DNA from: Azolla caroliniana
Lineage: Eukaryota > Plantae > Polypodiophyta
Assembly (NCBI GenBank): GCA_043228905.1
Contig: JBHGNT010000003.1
Span: forward strand, 682,001 to 746,000
Direction of reading: 5' to 3'
DNA length: 64,000 nt
Shown here in pieces: positions 1 to 12,299 of this stretch. Position 1 is the stretch's first letter; each line of letters begins with the position of its first letter. The notes under the pieces were generated by a model. It ran no database searches. It was not told the DNA's origin and saw only the letters and a list, made by a program, of their open reading frames with translations. The position numbers and the translations under genes are program-made.

Positions 1-550
1 CGGTCCGCCAGATCGAGCCAAGAAATACATACTCTCGGCAGGACGAGCGATATGCCTACCGAGACCAGGATAACGACCGACCGCGATTCCCGGATCGACG
101 GCGCCGAGACGACGACTACCGACGTGATGACCGTCGTGATCACTGTCGCGATGATCAGCACGACGATTATGCTCGATATGATGACGATCGCGATGACCGG
201 TATGACCGACAGAACTCACGCAATGATCGGCGAAACGGCAACCGCAACTCACGCAACAATAGAAGACATAACGACAACCGCCGACGAGACGCTCCTCAAA
301 ATGACCAACGCAACTCCAACGCACCTTGGACCAACCCACCACCAAACGAGACTGGGAATCAACAACAACAGCTTCCACTCACAGACCGAGCGGACACCAG
401 CAGCTCGGCCAACGTTACGTGTTTTAAATGTAACCAACCAGGCCACTACGCCACGCAATGTCCAACAACCGACCGTGGCAAGGCACCCGCGGTGAACAGT
501 ATCATGGCCGATGTTCAAACCGTCACTACCCGGAGTAAAGCTCCTACTCC
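1..550 (+). pseudogene. gag: gag C-terminus: Arg/Asp-rich region and CCHC zinc knuckle
   Basis: CFKCNQPGHYATQC at 420-461; same protein as the ORF at 31997..32839 (-). Confidence 0.85.
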
Positions 551-2079
551 AACTCCAAGAGTTTGATTTCCTACTCCAAGAGTTTGATTTCCAGATTCAG
601 CATCGACCCGGGATACAACACGTCGTCGCCGACTACTTGAGCCGTCTTGAGTCAGGGGAACCGGCGAAAACAACGTATGACGAGCTACCGGATGCCAGCC
701 TATTTAACCTGACCACGATGCCAGACGATAACGAAGATGAATGGATCACGGAGATGGCCCATTTTCTCACTACCGGTTTACCTCCCGAGCACATGCCCCT
801 TGACACGAGAAAACGCCTAGCAGTGTGTAGCCGGAATTTTTGCCTCGTCTCGGACATTCTCTACCACAAAGGCTCGGACGGCATATGGCGCCGAGCGATT
901 CAGCAATTCGAGAAGAACGCCGTTCTTCAGGAAGCCCACCAGGGAGTAGCTAGGGGGCACTACGTCGGGGATTCCACGGCAAGGAAAGTTTGGCAAAGCG
1001 GATTGTGGTGGCCGACAACGAAGAGAGACGCTCACGAGTTTTGCCGGCAGTGCGATTTGTGCCAATGATTGGGGCAACCAATGGAACAGTCACGCATGCC
1101 ACACCAGCCGATTCTTCCGTTGGACCCATTTCAAAAATGGGGTTTGGATTTTGTAGGCCCTTTCAAACCACCCGCGGCCCGTACAGGGAATAGGTATATT
1201 ATCGTTGCCACGGACTACTACACCAAATGGGTCGAGGCTAAGGCACTCCGAGACAACACGGGGGCATCCACGGCTCAATTCATGTACGAGCATCTTTGGT
1301 GCCGTTACGGATGCCCAATTGAGCTCGTTAGTGACCAAGGTGGGCACTTCATCAATCATATAATACGTGAGCTTACACACCACTACGCGGTGGTACACAA
1401 GAAAAGCACACCATACTACCCGCAGGCGAACGGCTTGGCGGAATCAACCAATAAAATCCTCCAAACCATACTGAAGAAGATCGTCAATGAAAACAGGACC
1501 GATTGGGATGACAAACTCTAGAGCGCGTTGTGGGCGTATCGTACGAATTTCAAAACAAGCATCCAATCAACCCCCTTTCGAATGGTGTTCGGGTTAGAAG
1601 CCATAATGCCCGTCGAGTTCCAAGTCCCGAGCCTCCGAATTCAAATCAAAGCACGGCTCCCCGAGGCCCAATCCGAGCAATACCGGCTGGAACAACCCCT
1701 CGAACTCGGCGAAGACAAGATAGAGAGTATGGCCCAGCTCGAACAACGCCAACGACAACGCAAGGCTTTCGTGGATTGACATCGAAACGGGTTGGAGAAG
1801 GAGCTCACCATCGGCAAACCGGTTCTTCTTTTTCAAACACGACTCGAGTCAATGCCGGGAAAATTAAGATTTCGGTGAACCGGTCCATTCTGGATTATCG
1901 ACGAGTTCAACGGGACGTTCCAGCTCGGCACACTCGCCGGCGACACTGTCAAAAGTTGGGCCAATGGTTTCCGACTTCGACCATATCGAGGCACTACACC
2001 ACCCAACCTGTTTACCGAGCCACACGGCACAAACGAGTTTCGGGAGACCCCCACGGAGGAGGCCACGTGTCTCCCTTGA
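541..2079 (+). pseudogene. pol: RNase H tail plus integrase, with in-frame stops
   Basis: LLQEFDFQIQHRPG..VADYLSR, HHCC zinc finger (AHQGVARGH..CRQC) and DDE core. Stops at 1066, 1519 and 1777. Confidence 0.9.
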
Positions 2080-2587
2080 CTCACCAACTTTTTGAAATTA
2101 ATAAAATAGGTGGGATTAACCATAGTTTAGCCGCCGATTAGCTACACCTACACCACCCACCTAGGCACCCACAATTTAGGAGCACCCCTAGCCACCTCTC
2201 ATTTAGTACCTATTTAAGCACATGCAAAGCACTCGAAGCACCCCACTCACCTTCAGGACACGTGGCGCTAGTCACTTATTATGGCACCCACAACTCAGAA
2301 TCTTGAGGATTCGCTTCGGGCACAAAACCCTAGGAGTAAGTTACTAAAATCGTTTCCAAAACGCAGCACATACACAAAAGTGCATTATCGCTTCCAACCT
2401 CCATCGCTCCCAAGCTCAGAAGCCCCTTCTCGCTCTCATCTCTAAACGCTCTTGCTCTCAAGCCCTCTTTCACTCTCATAGCCTCTCTGCCGAGCTTCCC
2501 CTTCCTGCTGTTCCTCCTCTGTCTCACCCTCGCCTCATCACTCTTCCTCACTCTTCCACACAGTCAAACCCCGTCTCCATCTCCACC

Positions 2588-3866
2588 ATGCCTCTTACCG
2601 CTTCAACAGAAACCCGCGCCTGGCTCCAGTAACGAGGAATGGGCGGTTACCTGAAGATCATCGATGCCCCCGCGCACCCGGATGCCCAAGGAGTGGCTAA
2701 ACGTATTTGTCCCGAAGCCATCACCAACAACGTGCTTCCGGCTACTTTGGACCTGCAACGGGGAGGGAACCATGAGGTCGACATACCCCCGGTATCGAAG
2801 CTGAAAGAGTACTTTGGTGAGTACTCAGCCTCAGGGAAGGCATATCGCACGTATGGCGGTCCCAACAGAGCTTTCGGGGAGATTTCTCGTATATTGATGG
2901 AGTATGCGTTCGTGCATACGAACCCAACGAGCATGCCGTAGAACAAGGCAGCCATCATCATTAGCGCATATGAAGGAAACTGAGTCGATTGGGGAATCAT
3001 CACAAGTGAAGGACTCCGCGCCGCCTTAGCCTCATTCCAGTCAGGCAGAGAGAGAAATTGGTTGCCATCAGCCACGAAGCATGGGAGGAGCCCACATCGC
3101 CTTCACCTCCTGCCGCCGACCAAAACCCCGCATCGGCACCACCACCCACCCAACCCCAACAAAAAAGGGCAATTTCCGAAACCTGCCAAGAATGGGAGGA
3201 GGAGATAGCCACAGAGGACAACACGGCAGACGATGTCACCATTCGACAACCAACGTCGCGCCCCGCGGTAACTCCCCCAGGGCCTAGCCCACGCCCCAAC
3301 ACACAGCAAGCAGCACCATCACGACCCAGAAAAGGAAGCAGGCGGAGGAAACGACACTACTGGCCCCGGAACCGCAAACCCAGCCGAGCAAGAGAAGAAG
3401 ACTCAATCGCGAGTCCTCGGCAGAACAGAAAGAGCCACAACAAGAGCAAGCCTTAGTTGTCAGCCAGAGCAACCTGGCCATCATCCCTGAGGAGGCATCG
3501 TTGAACCAGGGAAAGATCGAGCATGGGCAGACAACGCAGATCTCGGAGGATAAAGTCCTCGGTTATAAATACCTCCCTGCGGAGGCTTACGAATTTAGTG
3601 CGCTCCTACGCCTCGGTACAACATTTGAGCTGGTCGACTTCCTCGCCAGAGCCCAAGTCGCGGTAGCCGCTCGAATGGTGGAAGAGCACGCCGAAACAAA
3701 AATGATTCAACACGCGCTATTAGGTGAAATTGAGCCCCAAGATGACAGGGCTTTACAAAAAATAGGGAGGAAGAAGCAAGCAAAACAGGTCGCTCTCCTC
3801 ATGGAGGTCCCCGAGTTGAACACGGCCCTTATCGAGGCATATAGGGACCTGGATCGCACTACGCGG
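2588..3866 (+). pseudogene. Extra (accessory) 3' ORF of Y, N-terminal part
   Basis: ATG in ccaccATG context. YFGEYS..KAYRTYGG..F.EI.R.L.EY and VDW motifs align with ORF 42876..43793 of Z. Interrupted by the W LTR. Confidence 0.75.
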
Positions 3867-4592
3867 TGTCGCGTTGCTACGCGCGTGCGTGGAGAAGGGC
3901 GGGACCACGGGGGTCTTGGACTAAGGAGTAGAGGAGAAGGAATCGGACATGGAATGGAAGCTTTGCTCAAGAAGAAGAAGAATGAACAAGAGATTAGATC
4001 GAACAAGAGGAAGATGGAGACAAGATGATCAACAAGATGTATTAAAATGAAATGAACGATTACAAAATGGTGGCCGCATAGGCCGCACCAAACGACTACT
4101 CGAAACCCTAACCAACGAAGATGAAGATAAAGATAAAGAAAAAGTAACCCTAACCCTAACCCTAACGCTCGACCTATGTGGTATACCTCGCACACTCAAA
4201 ATAGGCAACCCCCACAATGGTGCCTTCCCTCTCCTTTTATAGCACAAGGAGGGAAGACCATTTACAAAAGTGAGACTAAAATATCCCCTTTCATTCAAAG
4301 GGGATATTTGCCTTGATTTGGGGACGGTGAGATTGATGGACCCTTAACGCCCACCTCCACACAAACAACTAGGTACCTATGTACCGCATAGTACCTCTCT
4401 CTCTCTCGCGCGTGGATGTGCGCACAAGACCACATCACCTTTATACCTTAGGGATCCTATGGGGCATTTCTAGCACCATACACTTTACCCTTATTACTAT
4501 TACAAATACATTATGTACGTGTGCAACGTTGCACATCGCTCTTTGGCTCTTGTCGCTCGGGTTTCCGCTTGTTGACGAAAATCTTCACGACA
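3867..4592 (-). repeat. 3' LTR of W (726 bp, TGTCGTG...CGCGACA)
   Basis: Near-identical inverted copy at 25678-26403; TG..CA ends; adjacent PPT. Confidence 0.93.
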
Positions 4593-5241
4593 TCCGCCCC
4601 CACCTAACCGCACATCCACCGGTATGTGCCAAACATAGGGGAGAGAACACGAGATTTTCGGCCACGACGACCGACCGAGTCCTTAGTGTCCTCGTGGGCC
4701 CGCCCGGTTTTGTCTTCCACTTCGAGCAAGACCACCCCATCCACACGAACCGTCGGCCCCATCCGATCCGCCACACTCGACGATGTTCGCCGAGTCGTTG
4801 CCTCCACCCGATCCGCCACGTCCACCGTGGGTCCTCGAACCACCAACTACATCCGACCCGCCGTATCCGATGCCCGTGCTTTCCTCCCCGTTCGGTCCTC
4901 CTGAACGTCGTCGCCGACCCGGTGGCTCTTCCTTTGTCCGCCTCGTATATCCTCCGGATGCGCTCCCAGTCGCATGCCGGATTCCGCTCTTTGCCTGCCG
5001 CACACCTCGGCGTGCCGACTCTCTTCGCTCCGTGCTTGCCTTCCGTAGGCTTTCCCTGTATGTTGATGCTCTCCTCCGAATGCGTGCTCGTGCTTCGGTC
5101 CTTCAATGACCCCATCACGCGCTTTTCGCTTTCCCCTTGTTCGCCGTGCTCTCTCGCGGTAAAGCGTGCCATCACCCCGTCCTTCTTCGTGGCTCTTGTT
5201 ACCGCTTCGCCTCGACCCGCGCCCTCTTGGCCCGATTGGCC

Positions 5242-7347
5242 TCACATGTCCTTCGGGACACCGCATTTTCTCTTCCCGGTCCGTAGCCCTCCGTTCTCCA
5301 CGCACCTCCTCCATTTTCCTAGACACGACTCTCTGCTCATGCCGATCGCGCTCGGCCCACGTCGTCGATCTTGGTGTTTCGCCGCGTCGTCCTTCGTCTC
5401 GCACTTGCCTCTCGAAGGCTTGACCCGACCGTCATCGTCGGTCAATCGTTGTCGCCCATTCGTCGTATGCATGCTTGTGTCTTGGCCCTCCACCGGCCGT
5501 ATTGCATGCGTCTCGTGTCGCGCTTCCGCCGTAGACCCAACCTCCGCTTCGGTCTCCAACTCCTCACCGCCATCCACCGTTTCTTCAGTCTCCCTTCGAT
5601 CCGCGACCGCCGATGCCTCACGGGTAGGTGTGGAGGGTTCCTCCCACTCTTGGTCCACCACCGAGTCCTCGCCTCTCAAAGGCTCAATCGGTCCACCGTT
5701 TCCGGTCACTCGTTGACGCTCCCCCGAGTGCATGCTTGTTCCTTGTCCCTCTGCCGGCCGTAGTGCATGCTTCACTTCACGCTCATCCGCCGTAGACCCG
5801 ACCTCCGCATTGGTCTCTTCATCCTTCCCACACCGGGCATCCGCTCCGGTACCTGATTCCGCATTGTCTTCCAACTCCTCACCGCCACCCGCCATCTCTT
5901 CGGTCTTCCGTTGATCCGCAACCGCTGAAGTCTCAAGCATAGGTGTGGAGGGCTCCTCTTGCTCTCGGCCTCTCACTGACCCGTACTCGTCGTGCCTGGC
6001 TACGAATCGATCAAGCAATCCCGGTCTTGCCGGCTTCCTTCGGTTCGGGCCCGGTTGACCGGCCCCCGCTTCACTCTTCTTCTGCTCCGCCTCCCGATCA
6101 GGTCGGATTACCGACCGGCTCATCTTTCGGTCGGGTCGGTTCCCGACTTGCTCCTCGATGCCGCTCCGGACCTCTCCTTCGGTCTTTTCGCACGTGCCCA
6201 CTCCGGGCCTCTCATCCTCACGGCCACCGCCCATCTCTCCGGTCTTATGTCCGCGCTTGGGCGCAACCGCCGAAGTCTCCGGCCCCGGTGTCGAGGGATC
6301 TCGCCTCCGTCCGCTACAAACCTCCTCTTCGTCATTTTGGTTGCCCGCCTTGCCGCCACCACCGTCCATCTCTCTAGGTCTCACACCGGCTCTCGGGCTG
6401 GTTGCTGGAGTCTCTAGGACCGATGTGTGGAAGGTCGCGGCACCGCCGCTCGTCTCTTCTTCTTCCTCGATTTCGCAAGCCTCGAGTATGCTCGCGAAAT
6501 CCTCGTAGAACGTTTCGGGCAACCGCGTCCCGAAACTTTCGCCCACTCTCGAAGTGGCGTCCATTGCTCCGTAGATATCGGCCTCATCCATGGCCGTCCT
6601 CTTTCCACAAGTCGAGAGGGTCGCTCGCTCCGCACCCTCTCCCACGTTGTCGTCGTGGTCGCCCGCCTTGCCGCCGCCACCATTCGTTACCCTAGGTCTC
6701 ACGCGGGCACTCGGGCCGGCCGCCGGGGTCTCTTGAACCGGTGCGTGTAAGGTAGCAACGCCGCCGCTCGTCGATGCTATGCCCGTAGCCACCTCCATTC
6801 GGACATCGTCGTCCGTGGCTACCCCGCCTCCGTATATGCAAGCATCAATTATGCTTGCCGCCTCCTCTTCCACGGTCTCCATACCGTTGTCTCGGTTGCC
6901 CGTCTCGCCGCCGCCGCCTGTCGCTCTAGGTCTCACGCCGGCAATCGGGCCGACCGCCGGTGCCTCTAGGGCCGGTGTGTGTAAGGTCGCGGCACCGCCG
7001 CTTGTCTCCTCCTCACTCGATGTTGCGGGCCGCCATGTCCCGAATCCGTAGTTACCAGCCTCCATGGCCGTCCATTCGCCGTAAGACGAGAGAGTCGCTC
7101 TTTCCGCACCCTCTCCCATGTCACCATCGTGGTCGCCCGCCTTGCCGCCGCCACCGCCCGTCATTCTAGGTCTCACACCGGCTCTCAGGCCGGTTGCCGG
7201 AGTCTCTAGGCCCGATGTGCGTAAGGTCCCGGCACCACCGCCCGTCTTCTCCCCACTCGATGTTTCAGGCCTCCATGCCCGAACTCCCTTATGTCTGCTC
7301 GAATCGGCGATCGCCGCCTCACCGTTCCCGACCTCGTCCTCAGTCGA
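5242..7347 (-). CDS. Repeat-rich acidic Gly/Glu/Ala/Thr extension of the W gag-derived ORF (5'-truncated)
   Basis: ~700 open codons of imperfect repeats (TSGGAATLHT..LETPA..P.AGVRPR..GGGG); equivalent to 27097-29210 (+). Confidence 0.55.
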   Translation of the reverse strand, partial: STEDEVGNGEAAIADSSRHKGVRAWRPETSSGEKTGGGAGTLRTSGLETPATGLRAGVRPRMTGGGGGKAGDHDGDMGEGAERATLSSYGEWTAMEAGNYGFGTWRPATSSEEETSGGAATLHTPALEAPAVGPIAGVRPRATGGGGETGNRDNGMETVEEEAASIIDACIYGGGVATDDDVRMEVATGIASTSGGVATLHAPVQETPAAGPSARVRPRVTNGGGGKAGDHDDNVGEGAERATLSTCGKRTAMDEADIYGAMDATSRVGESFGTRLPETFYEDFASILEACEIEEEEETSGGAATFHTSVLETPATSPRAGVRPREMDGGGGKAGNQNDEEEVCSGRRRDPSTPGPETSAVAPKRGHKTGEMGGGREDERPGVGTCEKTEGEVRSGIEEQVGNRPDRKMSRSVIRPDREAEQKKSEAGAGQPGPNRRKPARPGLLDRFVARHDEYGSVRGREQEEPSTPMLETSAVADQRKTEEMAGGGEELEDNAESGTGADARCGKDEETNAEVGSTADEREVKHALRPAEGQGTSMHSGERQRVTGNGGPIEPLRGEDSVVDQEWEEPSTPTREASAVADRRETEETVDGGEELETEAEVGSTAEARHETHAIRPVEGQDTSMHTTNGRQRLTDDDGRVKPSRGKCETKDDAAKHQDRRRGPSAIGMSRESCLGKWRRCVENGGLRTGKRKCGVPKDM

Positions 7348-8228
7348 ATACGCATAAGAATACATGAAAAAATATTCTTTAAAAAAAAAGAAAAAAAAAA
7401 GAGTTCGTACTTTTTAGTTTCTAATATATATATCATATAATAAAGAGATTTTCACATTAAATATGGGATATTTAACTTCACATTAAAAAGGAGGCTTACA
7501 CTAAATAATATTTTTATATAATAAATGGAAAAGTTAAAAGTTAAAAGTATTTGTTTTATTTTTAATAAATATAAAAAATATTTAATAATAAATAAAAGGT
7601 TCATTAATTTCCCACTTTACTCTCCCACAAAAATTGATATTTTTATCTGTTATTAAAAGGGAACCTCATACTAATAATATTTTTATAATATATATAAAAC
7701 TTAAATGTATTTGTTTTATTTTTAAATAAAACGAAAAATAAATAAATATATGTAAATAAATTAACTAAATAAAAGGTTCCCATAAATTTCATATTTTTAT
7801 TTCACATTAAAAAGGGGAACTCACACTAATAATATTTTTATAATATTTATCAAACTTAGATGTATATATTTTAATTTTTAATAAAAAAAAAAATAAATAG
7901 AATAAATAAAAGGTTCTCACAAAATTTTATATTTTTATCTCACATTAAAAAGGGGACCTCACACTAATAATATTCTTATAATAGATAAATGAAAAACTTT
8001 AAAGTATTTGTTTTATTTTTAATAAAAAAATTAAAATAAAATAAAAGGTTCATTAAAAAGGGGACCTTATAAGTTAGCCTAATAATATTTTTATATATAA
8101 TATATAAAATAATTTTTTTAAATAATAAATAAATAAACGAATGGTTCTGTAATATTCTTGGGGTCATTTTGTATTCTCGAATATTCTGAATATTACGGAT
8201 GTCGAATATTACGAATTTCATGCATGGG
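7348..8228. repeat. AT-rich degenerate tandem repeat (~110-170 bp units), possibly a non-autonomous DNA transposon remnant
   Basis: Recurring CACATTAAAAAGG..CACTAATAATATT..GTATTTGTTTTATT..TAAATAAAAGGTT units; clustered (T)CGAATATT motifs at the right end. Confidence 0.6.
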
Positions 8229-10019
8229 TCAATCTATACTTAATTGCATGAAAGCTTATTAATATTTAATACAAAGTATATCCCATTGTGATTGGAGCTT
8301 CTATAATGGTGTTTCCTTTCTTCTTTGGCTATTTGTGCAGTTTCACTTTGATTATACAAAGATCATTATAGTACATCAACAATATCTATACTATTCCATC
8401 ATCTTTATGTTATTTCATTTTTTTGTGGTGTCTTTCTATCTCTTAGCCATATACAATGATGGTGAGTTTTTATATTCATGAACCGCAAATTAATTACTAC
8501 ATGCAAGGTCTTATGAGTTGTGTTATGGTGGGCCACAATATTTTTAGATACGCAGAGCTACACTAAGAGGTGAGATGAGTGTCAATGACACAAAATCCTC
8601 TCGTAAAATTAAGAAGTGAGATGGGTGTCAATGAGGTTCAGGCCGGAGTTTGGCTAAGATAAGATGTCATCCTTATGGTGGATTATTGTACTCTAGCATA
8701 TAAAATTTTGTATTCCTAATTTAATAGAGCTTATATTTATCTTATATTTTTTCTTCTTTCACATAACGTTATCTCCATTTCTTGCTTGTGTTTATTTTTC
8801 TTCCTTTCTTTTATGAACTCTCCTCGTTCATAACCCTAGCAGTTCAGTGCACCAATCACAAACGCTACAACATCGTAAATTATGACATGAAAACAAAATT
8901 AAGGATAAGGAACTCTATGAAGGGCGTATGACAGTCATGCTCTCTTCCAAGTGCCATAAGGAAAAACTAAGGCTTAGAGGCAAAGGCCCACACATAGTGA
9001 CTCCCATCACAAAGATTAATGCTTGTTAGTTGACGAACCTCAATGGGCAAGATCTTCCTATTGTCAATGGAATTACTTTGAAGAGGTATTATGGTTCCTT
9101 GCCCTTGAAATCTTACTCTCCATTTGACAAGACTAGATTCAAAAAAATCCAGACAATGCAATAATAATCGTGGCATAGTTAAACATAGACTTAACACAAA
9201 TAAATGTGCTAAGCTCAAACATCATGGGAATCCTATAAACAATACAACATAATGAATCAAGCGACACAAACTCCTTTACTTAACTTGTTGAGTCTCAAAT
9301 GTTTACCTCCCAACCTTGTGGACATTGGTGGGATGAAGGTACTTTTGTCCATTGAGATGTGGGTAACATAAACCTTTGTCCACACAAGAGTAATGCCATG
9401 GGAATTCTTGAAAGAATCTTGCACCTTAGGACAAGATTAGTACTAAGAGAGAAAATGAATGATATCATCAAGTGGTCATGCCATTTATTTCCCAACAACT
9501 AACTGACTCCAATGAGAATCATTACTGGAGACGCTTGTGCATAACATTGAGGGAACATGTGAACAGAATCAACCGCAGGTCCTAGACCCCAACCTAGGAT
9601 GACTCAAGCAATTTAGCCAACATGAAGCATTGGAACTCCACTTGGAACCCCAATGAGACAAAAATGATATGCCTCAAGGTTGGTCTCACACCATCACCGA
9701 CCCTCTTCTTAAGGCTCGGTGGGCGCAACCACATTTGCATCTCCCATTCTTCACCAAAACACCTAAAGGTCATTATTCCATCGCCAACTCACAACAAATC
9801 AACCACACGTCCCTATTCAACCCACACTCTACCCCCTCTTTCATCATTGAGCCTAGTCAATTTTTTACGTTACTCACAATGGTGTGCTCTCGTCTATTTG
9901 GCTAGTTTTTCACAAACCGTGCCACCTCAAACCCAATGCTGCAGTCGGGGGATACACTCATATGGAAGTATTAGCTAGATAGATGAGTACTTGCCAAATC
10001 CTTGATAACTACTTCCAAA

Positions 10020-10260
10020 TGCTATGATCTATATATTGGACATTTAAGACCTGTGTGTATTGTCTTCCAATGAAATGGTGCAAAAGAAGCATTTACCTAA
10101 CCACATTCCTTGTTTAACTAAGGAGAAAATTAATGGGAGCTCACCAATCATAACTTTCCATATGAATACCTTTGCACGGAACGACAAATGTGAAAGCCAA
10201 TCACATTGCAATATTTTGCCACTACTTTGTATTTGAGTCACATACCTTTTTTTAGGTAAT
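10020..10260 (-). pseudogene. LINE ORF2 C-terminal zf-RVT-like remnant
   Basis: WLSHLSFRAKVFIWK..ELPL..CFFC..EDNTH fits the zf-RVT pattern (W..K.K.F.W..LP..CxxC..E...H). Confidence 0.6.
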
Positions 10261-10625
10261 AGCTAAGAAAATGATGCCATTTTATGATGATACAATTATA
10301 TATTTGTAGTAACATATAACAAGAGTGTACCATCCTTTAACTCCCAATCCACCTAAGGGCATCACTTACTTTCATTGCCAAAGATCCATGCAACAATGAC
10401 ACATCTTGTAATTTCTCCCAAATAAATCCATAATGTGGGGGAATACATAATCATTGATTAAAACCTTCAAATTATGAAAACTATTGAGATTCAATATCTT
10501 TAGGGAATTTTCTCTCTAATTGGTCACCTTCTTTTGAGCATGTTTGGTTTGGATATTTTACTCCGATTGGTGTTATTATAGGAGTAAAAGGAACAACATC
10601 TCAAGGAAACTGTTACTATTTTGAT

Positions 10626-11650
10626 ATGTCTAAGGAAGGAAGATTATGGCAAACTGATGTGGAATCGTCAATTTGGCAAACGACATTGCAACATCCGGTG
10701 AGAGTGATTGGTAAATTGGGTAAAAGATGGATTTTAGATCCTTCTCCTTCTGATAGTATGTTATTTTGCCAACTATGGGTTTTAAAAAAAAATTCATTGT
10801 CGGACTTGCATTGGGATCCATTAGATTATCTTTGGAAACATACAAATCCTTTCAATATTTTGTGAAGTTGGGACGAAAGTTGCTCTTAAGTAGGAAATTT
10901 CATTCGCCATTCGCTATGAAAGTGTGGTTGGTGAATGGGGCATCTTTAATGGATGCATCTAAAGATTGGAAGTGGTTATGGAGTATGTAGATTCCCAAGA
11001 AGATTGTCCTTTTTCGTTGGTTATTGATCCATTATGCACTACCGGTTCGGGCTTGGTTGCGGCAATTAGATAGTAAGTCATGTGGTTTTGGTTGTGGATG
11101 TATGATAGAATCAATTAAGCATGTATTGTGGTCTTTTCCTAAAATTATGCAAATATGGCAGAGAGTATTAAGGTTGTTGATATTGATACATGCTAATTGT
11201 GTGGTCACTTGGGGTGCGGTTAGGTGGGGAATTCTAGAGGGACAACTCTTGTTATATGAAAAGGAGGATATAGTGGAAGCTTTTCACATAGTTCCTCCTC
11301 ATATACAAATGGTTCAACCTTTTATAAGTGATAGTTTGCAATTTAGGAATGATATTATATGGAAGACAATTTCATCTATTCTGATGTGGGTAATTTGGAA
11401 GGCGCAATGCACATCAATATTTGATAATGTCACTCAAGATGCTTAAGTTATAATTGCTGAATTTTGGTTGTTACTTGTTTATACATTACGCGGTCAATAT
11501 GAAAGTTTCACAGGCAATGTTGATGCCATTTTCAGGAAACAAATGCATTTTAAAAGGATATGGACCTCTATGCTCATTTTTAGGGAAGATGGAGATCACA
11601 TAATTTGGATGTATACTGTTCCCGTCATTTTGGGAAACCATGTCTACTAA
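10626..11650 (+). pseudogene. LINE (L1-like) ORF2 3' end with zf-RVT, decayed
   Basis: W..IPKKIVLFRWLLIHYALPV..SCGFGC..ESIKHVLW..IW..WVIWKAQC..IF. Confidence 0.7.
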
Positions 11651-12299
11651 CTTTGTTTATGGACATCCTATTGTTACAAATTTTGGGTGCTATAGGTTAC
11701 ATTGAATTCTCAATTGCAGTTTGGGGGGAGTAGATGATAAAAATCTTGGAGATATGGTGTACAAATATGTGTAGTTCTTGCATATACACATCAAATTGAC
11801 TATGAGGAATGACGCTGGAAAGTTGTTATTGTTGCACAAGTTGCAAGATGGATTATGAAAGAGGGGCATCCGTCAAAGTTTGAAAAGCAGAAATCCAGAA
11901 ACAAAAATAGCAAATTGCTTGAAGTTTAACTAAAAACATTTCTACTTTCTGGCATTCAAGTGAAGCACTTCTTACAGATGTTGTTACAATGATAATGTTT
12001 CTATGTCAGTTTTATCAAGCAGTAATTCGGAAAAAACAGCCATTGATAAGCTTATGCACAAGAAGGCCGAGTTTATGAAGCTTTAAAAGCTTCAAAAAGA
12101 TGCAAAACGAGGGCATCTCTCCTTATTGCTTGATCACCCCTTATTGTTGGCTATGCTCAACAAATCGGCTATGATGAGGGTACAAGGGAATCAATTGGTA
12201 TATTTGTTTATCCAACACAACTTTTGTATTTCTTATGATTTAATAATACCAAGGCGCATCTTTTTAGGGGAAAAAAATAAAATAAAAATAAAATCAACC

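Larger units (their letters stand above)
1..3866 (+). mobile_element. Truncated non-chromoviral Ty3/gypsy LTR retrotransposon 'Y', copy 1 (gag tail, RNase H tail, integrase, extra 3' ORF; protease/RT deleted)
   Basis: CCHC knuckle, integrase motifs (WGLDFVGP, LVSDQGGHF, YPQANGLAE) and a downstream extra ORF. Positions 1-3010 are a near-identical inverted copy of 29547-32562. Confidence 0.92.
3867..7347 (-). mobile_element. Gag-only LTR element 'W', copy 1 (3' LTR plus 3' part of the internal region, 5'-truncated)
   Basis: LTR at 3867-4592 and PPT GGTGGGGGCGGA at 4593-4604 (-). Internal 4902-7347 is an inverted match to 27097-29550. Confidence 0.88.

Noticed and set aside
4379-5716. 445-aa and other overlapping ORFs in GC-rich W/Y/Z/X regions
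   Set aside because: Shadow frames of GC-rich repeats that cross LTR boundaries and lack domains.
1-7347. Inverted duplication as a simple assembly artefact
   Set aside because: The copies differ by many substitutions and by independent deletions.
8940-9980. Possible LINE ORF1 remnant on the minus strand
   Set aside because: Only vague motif resemblance; cannot be supported without a profile search.
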